IMG/VR virus record: IMGVR_UViG_3300027686_001029
Length of the DNA: 64,000 nt
Source: a virus
Reading direction: 5' to 3' (one strand)
The notes beneath the pieces were generated by a model, which made no database searches, had not been told where the DNA came from, and was given only the letters and a program-made list of their open reading frames with translations. The position numbers and the translations under genes are program-made. Below are positions 55,992-64,000 of the stretch, piece by piece; position 1 is the stretch's first letter; each line of letters starts with the position of its first letter.

Positions 55992-58778
55992 CTACCCTAG
56001 TCCTGGATTTTTAGCTAATGCTGCTTGGACTTTATCTCCATCTAAGTACACATCAAAACTTTTATTTTTCATGACTGCTTTAAGTTGCTGCAGTTCTTTT
56101 ATAACATTATTATTACTAGTTTCTTCATTATCTCCTGTAATACCTGTTATTAAATCTGTTATTGCTCCTGTTGCTGCCACCATTGGTGCGGCGAATGCTG
56201 TGGTTATAACTAGATCTTGTAATTCATCTAATTTTTCAGTATCTAATTTATTTAATGCTGAAGCAACTAGTCCTATACCTGCTGCTATAGTAGTTAATGA
56301 TGTTCCAACACTTAGTAAGTCGGGAGCTAACGTAGAAATAGATTTTAATAAAGGTAAAGATAGGTATAACAAAGGTGCAGCTAGAAGTAATTGACCTGCA
56401 AATAACGCTAATCCTGATCCTGCTACTATGAGTGCCGGTCCTAATGCGTAGAGAAATCCTAATTTATCTAGTGTCATTCCATCTAAGAAGGTATGAAACT
56501 CTTTTGCTACTAACGGAATTATTGTTGCAATACCGTTAAATACAGATGTGATTATTGTACCGAATGCTTCGATAGCGGGTGCGGCTGCTCTTAATCCAAG
56601 TCCAATTCCTATAATTCCTAAGGCTATCACACCTACACCAGCTGCAGTTGCAGGGTTGGCAAATACCGCTAAACCTGCTGCGATTGCTTGAGCAGATAAG
56701 GCGAATGATGATCCGAATAATCTTGACGAGGTGGTTGCTGTGGTTTGTGCTGCTGAGTATCCGAGTAGGTTTGCTGTTCCTGCTATAATTTTTTTGGAAA
56801 ACAGAGAGATTCCTCCTGCTAATTTAGTAAAAAGGAATCCTACCGCTTTAAAAGGCAACATAATTAAAGATCTTCCAAAGAGTAGTACTGCACCTACTAC
56901 AGGTCCTCCAAAGCCTTTTGCAAAACTATCTATAAATTCAATAGATTTAGCTATTGCATAAGCTAAAGGTTTTACAATCGACCCGAGTACATCTACAATA
57001 GGAATAAGTACCTCTAGAACAGGTGAAAAAGATTGTGCTAATTTAGAAACCATTAAATTTAACTTAGTCTGTACATCTAAAGCTTCTGAAGCTTCAATTG
57101 TTATTCCTCTTGCAGCTGCTTTTTGTTTCTTTGTTAAGTTTAATCCTTGAGACTGGTTAATTAGCATTTCAGCCATTTCCTGTTTACTCATTCCCATTGC
57201 TTCAGAAATAGCATTTTGTTGTATTCTATTCATATTAGCAAACTCTAGTGCTGATGCTCCTTGTTTGCTTAGTTCTTGTGCTAATCCTGCTAAATCATTA
57301 TTTAATGCTAGTTCTCTAGCTTTACCTAATCTTATATGTTTACCTGTTAATAGTTGAGCTTCTAATTCACTTTCTATAGAAGATTCAAAGTCCATTAATT
57401 TATCTGCTATACTATTAACTTTAGATAAATCTATACCTAATTTACGTGCTGCTGCTGCTGCTTCTGAAAGTGCAGTAGGGCTATTGCCTAATGATAAAGC
57501 TATATCGTCACTTACGTTTAGTACGTCTTTCATTACCTCGTGTGGACTAACAATTGAATCATTTAATGTATTGAATGCTGAAACAGAGTTATATATGTTG
57601 TCGTTAAATGTACCTACGTTTCCTCCAAATGTTTTACTTAGTCTGCCTATTTGAATAGCTTCATCGCTGCTTAACCCTAAAAGATTTTTTGCTTCAGCTA
57701 ACCTACTTAGATCTTCTTTAGAAAATACAGACGTACTAAGCATTCCTAATTTTCTAGTTGCCTCGGCTGATAATTCTAGTGTTTGAGCAGCTGATGCTAA
57801 GTTAGTGTTAAGACTTGCAAAATTAGTATCAGTTCTACCTGTTTGTCTTTGAAAGTCTGTCTGTGCCTTATTTACTGCTAAAAATGCTTTTAATATATTA
57901 CCTAAGATGACTACTGGGTCTGTTAATGCAGCTCCTATTGCTTTTGCAGCTCCTTTTGCACCTATCAAAGCAACTTGAAGTCTACTTCCCTCTTTAGCTG
58001 CTTCTCGCATTTCTTCAGTTGTCTCCTTTAGTATATCCTGTACTTGTGAAGAAGAAATACCTAATTTAGTCATCAGTCCTCCTACTCCTTCTAATGCAGC
58101 ACCGGATAATCCCATTGCTTTATTAATTCGTAGTTGTAACTGTATTTGTTCTTCTGTCTTATTAAGTAATTCTTGGGTTATATCAACATTGTCTGTTCCT
58201 ATACCTCTTCTAGATATCTCTAGTGCTATAAGTGCTCTTGTCTCATCAGACGAGTCTTTTAATGCCTTTAGATTCATTATTGCGTCTAATGCAGAATCAT
58301 GATTATGAGAATTGCCGTCTGATTTTAGATTATTTAACTGTTTTGTTAAATTTACACCGGTGGTTTGGGAGATAATGTTGACGGCAGCGGAAGCAGCATG
58401 CGCATCTTGTAATACTATTTTTTGCTTAAGACTCTGCAATTGAATTAGGCTCATATCAGCGGATCCAGATTCAACATCTTTTAGTTTCTCAGCAGCATTA
58501 GTAATCTGTCTCATTGCAGACCTACTTCTTCCTAATTCTGTTGTTTGACCTTTAAATTCTGATGCTATTGCTTTGACTCTTTCAAATAGAGATGATGCTG
58601 TTCCTTCAAGATTAGCTAATTCACGACGTTCTTCTCTAATAGCTTGATTTATAGCCTGTTGAGATCTAGCTCTATCAGAACCTATCTTAGTGGTATCTGC
58701 TCCAGTCTTTTTCTCAAGTGCATTTAAATCTTTGAGAAGTTTCTGTCTTTCTCTTAAGTCGTCGTTCTGCTTTGCCAT
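55992..58778 (-). CDS. tail tape measure protein
   Basis: long Ala/Leu helical protein with hydrophobic repeats; position after tube and chaperone. Confidence 0.88.
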   Translation of the reverse strand: MAKQNDDLRERQKLLKDLNALEKKTGADTTKIGSDRARSQQAINQAIREERRELANLEGTASSLFERVKAIASEFKGQTTELGRSRSAMRQITNAAEKLKDVESGSADMSLIQLQSLKQKIVLQDAHAASAAVNIISQTTGVNLTKQLNNLKSDGNSHNHDSALDAIMNLKALKDSSDETRALIALEISRRGIGTDNVDITQELLNKTEEQIQLQLRINKAMGLSGAALEGVGGLMTKLGISSSQVQDILKETTEEMREAAKEGSRLQVALIGAKGAAKAIGAALTDPVVILGNILKAFLAVNKAQTDFQRQTGRTDTNFASLNTNLASAAQTLELSAEATRKLGMLSTSVFSKEDLSRLAEAKNLLGLSSDEAIQIGRLSKTFGGNVGTFNDNIYNSVSAFNTLNDSIVSPHEVMKDVLNVSDDIALSLGNSPTALSEAAAAARKLGIDLSKVNSIADKLMDFESSIESELEAQLLTGKHIRLGKARELALNNDLAGLAQELSKQGASALEFANMNRIQQNAISEAMGMSKQEMAEMLINQSQGLNLTKKQKAAARGITIEASEALDVQTKLNLMVSKLAQSFSPVLEVLIPIVDVLGSIVKPLAYAIAKSIEFIDSFAKGFGGPVVGAVLLFGRSLIMLPFKAVGFLFTKLAGGISLFSKKIIAGTANLLGYSAAQTTATTSSRLFGSSFALSAQAIAAGLAVFANPATAAGVGVIALGIIGIGLGLRAAAPAIEAFGTIITSVFNGIATIIPLVAKEFHTFLDGMTLDKLGFLYALGPALIVAGSGLALFAGQLLLAAPLLYLSLPLLKSISTLAPDLLSVGTSLTTIAAGIGLVASALNKLDTEKLDELQDLVITTAFAAPMVAATGAITDLITGITGDNEETSNNNVIKELQQLKAVMKNKSFDVYLDGDKVQAALAKNPGLG

Positions 58779-58809
58779 TAGGTAGTAGTTCTATATAGTA
58801 TAAATAGTT

Positions 58810-58833
58810 AAGGCCCGCCTATTTGCGAGCCTT
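58810..58833 (-). other. hairpin spanning the stop of the +1-frame ORF
   Basis: AAGGCTCGC-AAATAG-GCGGGCCTT. Confidence 0.6.
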
Positions 58834-59073
58834 TGTACTATATGAAGGTTTTTTAATATTCGGTCCCATTGATGGAGTGCTGTTAGCTGGTTTTCCTTTA
58901 GCAGCTTCCTGCTCTGCTTCATAAAAATCAATTATCTTTCTGTGAGTAAAGTTTCTTAACCATATGGGCATATTATATATTGTGTTATAGTTGTAACCTC
59001 CTTTTCCATGAAATACTATATCATGAACTTGATTAAATATGTTTACTCTATATTGTTGCGTCAGGCCAAAGAA
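58819..59073 (-). CDS. gp51-like tail chaperone extension, probably expressed by frameshift from 59048-59791
   Basis: 84 open codons FFGLTQQYRVNIFNQVHDIVFHGKGGY..NMPIWLR...; no ATG until codon 35. Confidence 0.7.
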   Translation of the reverse strand, partial: FFGLTQQYRVNIFNQVHDIVFHGKGGYNYNTIYNMPIWLRNFTHRKIIDFYEAEQEAAKGKPANSTPSMGPNIKKPSYSTKARK

Positions 59074-59791
59074 AGTTAATTCCTATCGGAATTGTAACCC
59101 CTCCTTCTGGTCCGTTCTCTGGGTAGAACGTTAGATCGACGTCTGGTGATACTTCTGCCATATGTTTTCTAAAAGATCTTGAGTCTCTAGCAAGAAATAA
59201 GTTATCTACGAAATCTCTTACTGCCTTGGTATCTCCATTACCGTCAACTGATGTAATAGTATGTTTAAGTCTAGTAGATAATTCAGGAGAAGCATCTTTG
59301 TTAAATTTCTTTAACCCTCTTACTTCAGCATCTACCTTTTGTTCATCACCGTGAGTTAGTAACTTAAAGGTTATCACTGTACCTGATGAAGGTAAAGTAT
59401 ACTCTAACTCATTATTACCATCTTTAAATTTTGAAAGGTCTACGTCCTTATGTCCTAATTGAGAAAGATCAACTGTTTCTTTTTCTCCTCCATAAGTAAT
59501 TTCGTATTCTGCTCCATACCCTAAGATACGTGCTGCAACTAATAGTGCATTTTTATCTCCTGATAAGATTGTACTGTAGTCGATAGTTTTGTCTACAATT
59601 AATGCCTGTAATAATTTATCTATTACTGTGCCTTTTTCAATGTAGTTTTGATTTGTTAAAATATCTTCTTCTTTTGCAGTCATATACTTCATCTCTATCG
59701 TTCCGGATGATAAAGGTGAGTCTTTAGAATACAATAAGCCTTTTGAAGGTAATTCAACTTGTTCCGTTGGGAATTTAGTCTCTGTGCTCAT
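59048..59791 (-). CDS. tail assembly chaperone / gp26-like protein
   Basis: VELPSKG, MTAKEEDIL, RILGYG, LPSSG..ITFKLLT, C-terminal NFLWP. Confidence 0.8.
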   Translation of the reverse strand: MSTETKFPTEQVELPSKGLLYSKDSPLSSGTIEMKYMTAKEEDILTNQNYIEKGTVIDKLLQALIVDKTIDYSTILSGDKNALLVAARILGYGAEYEITYGGEKETVDLSQLGHKDVDLSKFKDGNNELEYTLPSSGTVITFKLLTHGDEQKVDAEVRGLKKFNKDASPELSTRLKHTITSVDGNGDTKAVRDFVDNLFLARDSRSFRKHMAEVSPDVDLTFYPENGPEGGVTIPIGINFLWPDATI

Positions 59792-59854
59792 AAATTTTAT
59801 TTTGTGTAACTATAGTTATATATAAATATAAGATAAATAACTTTATAAAACAAC

Positions 59855-59879
59855 AAAACCCGACAAAAAGTCGGGCTTT
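59855..59879 (-). terminator. rho-independent terminator after the tube gene
   Basis: GCCCGAC-TTTTT-GTCGGGT then TTTGTTGTTTT. Confidence 0.85.
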
Positions 59880-59898
59880 ATTTTTAATACTATAATGT

Positions 59899-60384
59899 TT
59901 AGTAGTTGAGAACGCAATAATCCATTGCTACTGTAATCTGTAGTTCTGCTGCATCTGAATTTGCCCAGTCAAACGATCCTTGTTGCATGTTTGTAATAAA
60001 CGCTCCTTGAATAATCCATTCTGATACGATATCACCTACAGGTCCTAATAGATTTAATGTTAAATCTTTTTTGTAGAAATCTGAGTATCCTGCTCTTCCT
60101 GTTACGGATTCATAAGATAAACGAGCCCAGTCCATTACTGCTTGTGCTCCAGAAGGTGTTATAGGATCATATAATGTCATGTCCATGTTATTCCAAGATC
60201 TTTTTCCTCGGATTTTTCTATATGTGTTGATATGATCAAGCTTCACCTCTTCATCCTCAAATGAAGGTGCAGTTACAGATTTTATCATGAAAGATGGAAT
60301 TCCATCTACATACATGACAAACCTATTCTGTACCTTAGGTTCAAAGGCTTTAAACATTATTTCGTTTGGATCTAATACTGCCAT
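59899..60384 (-). CDS. tail tube protein (gp19-like)
   Basis: FEPKVQNRF, YDPI.PS.AQ.VM.W, YKKD..L..LGP.G...EW...GAF, MDY. Confidence 0.9.
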   Translation of the reverse strand: MAVLDPNEIMFKAFEPKVQNRFVMYVDGIPSFMIKSVTAPSFEDEEVKLDHINTYRKIRGKRSWNNMDMTLYDPITPSGAQAVMDWARLSYESVTGRAGYSDFYKKDLTLNLLGPVGDIVSEWIIQGAFITNMQQGSFDWANSDAAELQITVAMDYCVLNY

Positions 60385-60420
60385 TTTATTTTCGTTTATT
60401 ATAAATATTCACGTTTTAAA

Positions 60421-62178
60421 TTATCCTGCAAAAGTTGCTCCACCTGGCTCAACTGTAAAGTCAAGTACGATGTATTCTACTGTCTTAGCTGGTTGGATAA
60501 ATATCTGACCTACTAATTGGTTTCTGTCAACTACGTCTGCAGTGTTGTTTGTGTCATCCATTACTACTCTGAAAGCGTAAAGACCTTGTCTTTGTACTAC
60601 TGATTCTAAGTAAGGATTAACTTGCGATAAGAAAGCGTTTCTAGTTTGGATAGTATTCTGTTCGAATATTAAAGTTTTAGAAACATCTCCTACAAATTTC
60701 TTAAGTGAAATTAATAGTCTTCTCACGTTTACTCTATCAAGAGCTGATTTTTTCTTTTGTAAGGTCTTTTGACCGAATACTGAAATACCAGATCCTGGGA
60801 ACGTTGCAATTGGGTTAATGTTATTTGTATAAAGAGTATCTCTTTGAGTTCTCGTTAACTTTCTTTCTGCTTGTATAACATTTCCAATACCTCCTCTAGT
60901 AAGACCTGCTGGTGCGAACCAAGGTGCTGCTGCTCCATCTGTAAAGGCATATACTCCTGGAATAACTGTCGAAGCAGGTATCCATACGTTTCTACCAGAC
61001 TCAGATTGAGTCTGTAACCAAGGCCAGTAAGTAGCTGCATACGAACTATTAATTGTATTTGCTGCTGCTGTTGCATTGGATACTGTTGCTCCATATTGCT
61101 CTACATCTACTACTGCGATACAATCTCCTCTTGTCTCTGCTAAAGAGATAATAGAATCAATCGGTGCTTTGTGAGTAGCGAAGTCATATATTAAACCTGG
61201 TGCTGATATAACGTTAAATACGTATTCGTCTTTGTTGTTTAATATTGAAATAGCATCTGTATAGTTAGGACCTGTTAATCCTTGAGTATCTAGATTAGAT
61301 ATATCTCCATTAAATTTCATTGCTCTATGTGAAGAAGCTTCTAAACCAGTTGCTCCAAAGAAAGAACCAGAAGATTTAGACGGTAGAGATCCTGAATAAG
61401 AAAAGCCATCAGATGCTACTCCTACTGTTAGTCCGTCATTACCTAAGTAATCTATTGTCTTGTTTGCTACTGAAGCGACTCTAATATAATTTGATCTTGT
61501 AACATATTCTCCTGATGATATTACAAAAGTAGCACCGTCTCCATCTGTTGTCTTGGATAGTGTTTGGTTACCAATTTGTCTTTCTATGTAATTAGAAGAA
61601 TTCGGGTCTAAAGAAACGTTATTAAAAGTTTCTAGTACAATTTTATTTTTTGTATTATCGTCTCCACGTCTAATTATAAGGCTAAATTCACCTACTTTAG
61701 TATTAACGTTAGATACTTCCCATCTTAGGTTGTCAGCTGAACCAGTTACTAATGAACCATCACTATTTTGGTGAGTTGTTCCTGTGCCTGCTTCTGCATT
61801 GTAAATTGTACCTCTACCTAGAGTAGTTAAGGTAAAAGGGTTAGTAATTGATGCTGTCTGTGCTGTTATAGTAGTATTGGTTGCTGATGTAAATGAACCA
61901 GTTACTACTCTAGTAATTACCGCTGTGTTACCGCCTTGGTTAAAATAAGATTTAACTGCAATTGAAGTAAGGTATTCGTAGTTATTAGAGCCAGATTTAA
62001 GAGTCGTACCAAAAAGTCTTTGGTATTGACCGTATGATGTTACAAGTGTAGGAACTTCTACGGGTCCTTTTACCGATGGACCAATGAACGCTGCTCCAGC
62101 TTCTACTGGGGATGGTGCGATAAATGATACATCGTTTTCGCGTGCTAGTACACCTGGTGAGATTAATGCTTCTGCCAT
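60421..62178 (-). CDS. contractile tail sheath protein (gp18-like)
   Basis: SPGV..RE.D.S, YWPW, WFAPAG..RG, INPIATFPG, GQKTLQ...SALDRVNVRRL. Confidence 0.95.
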   Translation of the reverse strand: MAEALISPGVLARENDVSFIAPSPVEAGAAFIGPSVKGPVEVPTLVTSYGQYQRLFGTTLKSGSNNYEYLTSIAVKSYFNQGGNTAVITRVVTGSFTSATNTTITAQTASITNPFTLTTLGRGTIYNAEAGTGTTHQNSDGSLVTGSADNLRWEVSNVNTKVGEFSLIIRRGDDNTKNKIVLETFNNVSLDPNSSNYIERQIGNQTLSKTTDGDGATFVISSGEYVTRSNYIRVASVANKTIDYLGNDGLTVGVASDGFSYSGSLPSKSSGSFFGATGLEASSHRAMKFNGDISNLDTQGLTGPNYTDAISILNNKDEYVFNVISAPGLIYDFATHKAPIDSIISLAETRGDCIAVVDVEQYGATVSNATAAANTINSSYAATYWPWLQTQSESGRNVWIPASTVIPGVYAFTDGAAAPWFAPAGLTRGGIGNVIQAERKLTRTQRDTLYTNNINPIATFPGSGISVFGQKTLQKKKSALDRVNVRRLLISLKKFVGDVSKTLIFEQNTIQTRNAFLSQVNPYLESVVQRQGLYAFRVVMDDTNNTADVVDRNQLVGQIFIQPAKTVEYIVLDFTVEPGGATFAG

Positions 62179-62206
62179 GTTTTGTATGTTAAAATTATGA
62201 GTCTAT

Positions 62207-62214
62207 TATAAATA
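62207..62214 (-). promoter_or_regulatory. late-type promoter motif TATTTATA (coding strand)
   Basis: also precedes structural or envelope genes at 60400, 59821, 58799, 55964, 40863, 20976, 13041, 9406 and 7289. Confidence 0.65.
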
Positions 62215-62292
62215 TCGTCTATATATCGAAAACAGCCTAAAATAACTAATGACTCTTTTACTAATATAAATATGTTTTAATTAGCGTAAAAG

Positions 62293-62544
62293 TTACTCAA
62301 TAGTATTATATTTTCCATTCTCTAAATCTAACTGTCCTTTACCGTAAGTCGATTCTAGTAATTCAGCTAATTCCACCTCTTTATTCTTTAAGTGCTTGTG
62401 TATATTTTCAGCTTGTTCTTTTCTTTCTTTTAGTGTAATTTCCTGTACGTATAGGTTACCGAAATCTTGTTGTAATTTTCCTTGATCTATCTGTAATTGT
62501 TTGATTTGTGCTATTATTGGTTTACTTACTATAAAATCCGGCAT
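62293..62544 (-). CDS. coiled-coil protein
   Basis: heptads ending YGKGQLDLENG. Confidence 0.65.
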   Translation of the reverse strand: MPDFIVSKPIIAQIKQLQIDQGKLQQDFGNLYVQEITLKERKEQAENIHKHLKNKEVELAELLESTYGKGQLDLENGKYNTIE

Positions 62545-62583
62545 TGTTTATTAATTTAAATTGGTTTAAAACTCTTTTGTTAT

Positions 62584-63504
62584 TTAACATTGGTTGCTAT
62601 GGTAGTGTTCTTCTTTATCTTCTGTTAAGATAGGATTGAACCAGAAGTCATATACTTTTGTTGCCCAGTGTTTATGTGCTTTTTCATCGTAGTGATGATC
62701 TTTTGCATGTTCAGAAATCTTCATATCTGGGTTTTGTTTCATATGTCCATAAAAAGACCTATCGTGATCTAAAAATGCATAGTGGTATTTACTATCTTCT
62801 CTATACATCCTTAATAGGTTTATATAAGTTTTTTTAATCGGGTGGTGAGCATAGGCTTTAGGAATATAATCAAAACCGGGTAAACTATTTATAGTATTTC
62901 CATGATACTTTTGTATATTTAAACTTTTTAGCCAGTGATTCATACTTACTATCTTCTGTAGCATAATATAGTCACTGAATAAGTTATCAAATAACATAAC
63001 TTTTGCTTTTTTTAATTCACTTAAATTTAGTATATACTCAGGAGTTAAATTTTCTAAGCGATTAGTATCCAACGCAGGTGATAATGATATGAGTGAGTTA
63101 TGTGGGTAAAGTTGATCCAGACCTTCAGGTTTACTTTCGTCTTTAGGAACGTATACTTCATACCTATCTACACCACTCCAAAATAATATTACAATAATAT
63201 CTTCTGGTAGATATTTCGGTTTCCTAGATTCTGCGTTTTTACCTTGTTCCGGTACTGAATCAAAATCTTTTTCTTCTCCTAGTATAACATTATCAATAAT
63301 CCAATCTTGAGTGGTTCTGAAGATAGTATCATTACTAGCGCCGGGTTGGGCAATATTTACTACCTCTTTTACTTTCAATAGGTCTCCTAAGTGTTTAGGC
63401 CATGCTTTATGGTAACAATTTGGTTGATAAACATATTCCATTTCTGAGCCTGCAGTATGACTGCATCCATTTACTAATAAAATCTTATTCTTAAAATCCT
63501 TCAT
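62584..63504 (-). CDS. SGNH-hydrolase-like protein
   Basis: LVNGCSHTAG, NIAQPGASN, C-terminal DHHYDEKAH. Confidence 0.6.
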   Translation of the reverse strand: MKDFKNKILLVNGCSHTAGSEMEYVYQPNCYHKAWPKHLGDLLKVKEVVNIAQPGASNDTIFRTTQDWIIDNVILGEEKDFDSVPEQGKNAESRKPKYLPEDIIVILFWSGVDRYEVYVPKDESKPEGLDQLYPHNSLISLSPALDTNRLENLTPEYILNLSELKKAKVMLFDNLFSDYIMLQKIVSMNHWLKSLNIQKYHGNTINSLPGFDYIPKAYAHHPIKKTYINLLRMYREDSKYHYAFLDHDRSFYGHMKQNPDMKISEHAKDHHYDEKAHKHWATKVYDFWFNPILTEDKEEHYHSNQC

Positions 63505-63999
63505 TTATTCTATTACGATATTAGGTAGTTCAATAGGCGGTACTCTACTCTGTGTTAATGTTACCGGTCTATCCTTTTTACGGTACATTTCATGTATTGT
63601 AGGTTTAGTAATTACTTTGTCTACTTCTACTGAGGTTATATTACCCTGAAGTTCAATAGTATCTTGAAAACTTAAATCTCCGTGTTCATTATCTCTTTCC
63701 CATTTAAGTATATCTTCCATTTTAGGAGTTTGTCCTTTATGTTTAAACTTATGATATAGGTTAAATTTAAATGTACCGTCTGATTCTACTCTAACTTCCA
63801 TACTACTTGCATAATTTGTTGCAATACTCCCCCAAGACATAATATCTTTTTCTGGTTCAAAATTTATTACCAGTTCAAAAGAGTTAAATATTCGGTAAAG
63901 ACCATATATAACTGAAAAGTATTCATTAGAAAGGTAAAGACTCTGAGCTGAGTATGATGGAACTTCTTTAATAAGAGCAAAATTTAAGTTATCCTCTTG
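63505..63999 (-). CDS. hypothetical protein, 5'-truncated by the window edge
   Basis: frame of the 63505-63840 ORF stays open without a stop up to 63999. Confidence 0.65.
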   Translation of the reverse strand, partial: QEDNLNFALIKEVPSYSAQSLYLSNEYFSVIYGLYRIFNSFELVINFEPEKDIMSWGSIATNYASSMEVRVESDGTFKFNLYHKFKHKGQTPKMEDILKWERDNEHGDLSFQDTIELQGNITSVEVDKVITKPTIHEMYRKKDRPVTLTQSRVPPIELPNIVIE

Positions 64000-64000
64000 G

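Noticed and set aside
1205-60508. All plus-strand ORFs in the track (e.g. 1205, 6185, 11789, 13740, 31405, 42690, 56071)
   Set aside because: Antisense shadows of well-supported minus-strand genes; no recognisable motifs, promoters or leaders
63505-63840. Track start at 63840
   Set aside because: Frame is open to the window edge, so the true start is probably outside the window
1-64000. Stop-codon recoding (TAG or TGA read-through)
   Set aside because: Conserved enzymes are full-length in the standard code, and TAG and TGA end genes at coupled junctions
1-64000. Bacterial chromosome origin (groEL, metK, queCDEF, nrdAB)
   Set aside because: Interleaved with sheath, tube, tape measure and phage replisome genes; single strand; phage-type promoters

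Overview
This 64 kb window looks like part of a large myovirus-type bacteriophage genome. It is AT-rich, densely coded, and every credible gene is on the minus strand. The host is probably Bacteroidota (Flavobacteria-like). Support: TTG-N20-TATATT promoters resembling the Bacteroidota -33/-7 type, no Shine-Dalgarno motifs, signal peptides followed by Gln, and Hc1-, DUF4494- and DUF6952-like genes. In transcription order (right to left) it holds: (1) a contractile tail module (sheath, tube, gp26-like chaperone with a probable +1 frameshift extension, tape measure, baseplate); (2) a replisome (SSB, RecA, 5'-3' exonuclease, DnaB, class I RNR, thioredoxin, a Leu762 PolA and a second degenerate PolA); (3) a complete 7-deazaguanine DNA-modification pathway (folE, queD, queE, queC, queF, TGT-fold DpdA-like, PurN-like formyltransferase), split by a carbamoyltransferase/radical-SAM/GT-like insert; (4) an initiator-like tRNA-Met; (5) hsp20-groES-groEL-Hc1; (6) a metK-nucleosidase-apt operon; (7) an OMP/lipoprotein/thioredoxin-like envelope module running into lysis genes; (8) a DUF2589-pair cassette bounded by a 49-bp direct repeat; (9) glycosyltransferases. 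All family calls come from visual motif recognition. No database search or computation was run.
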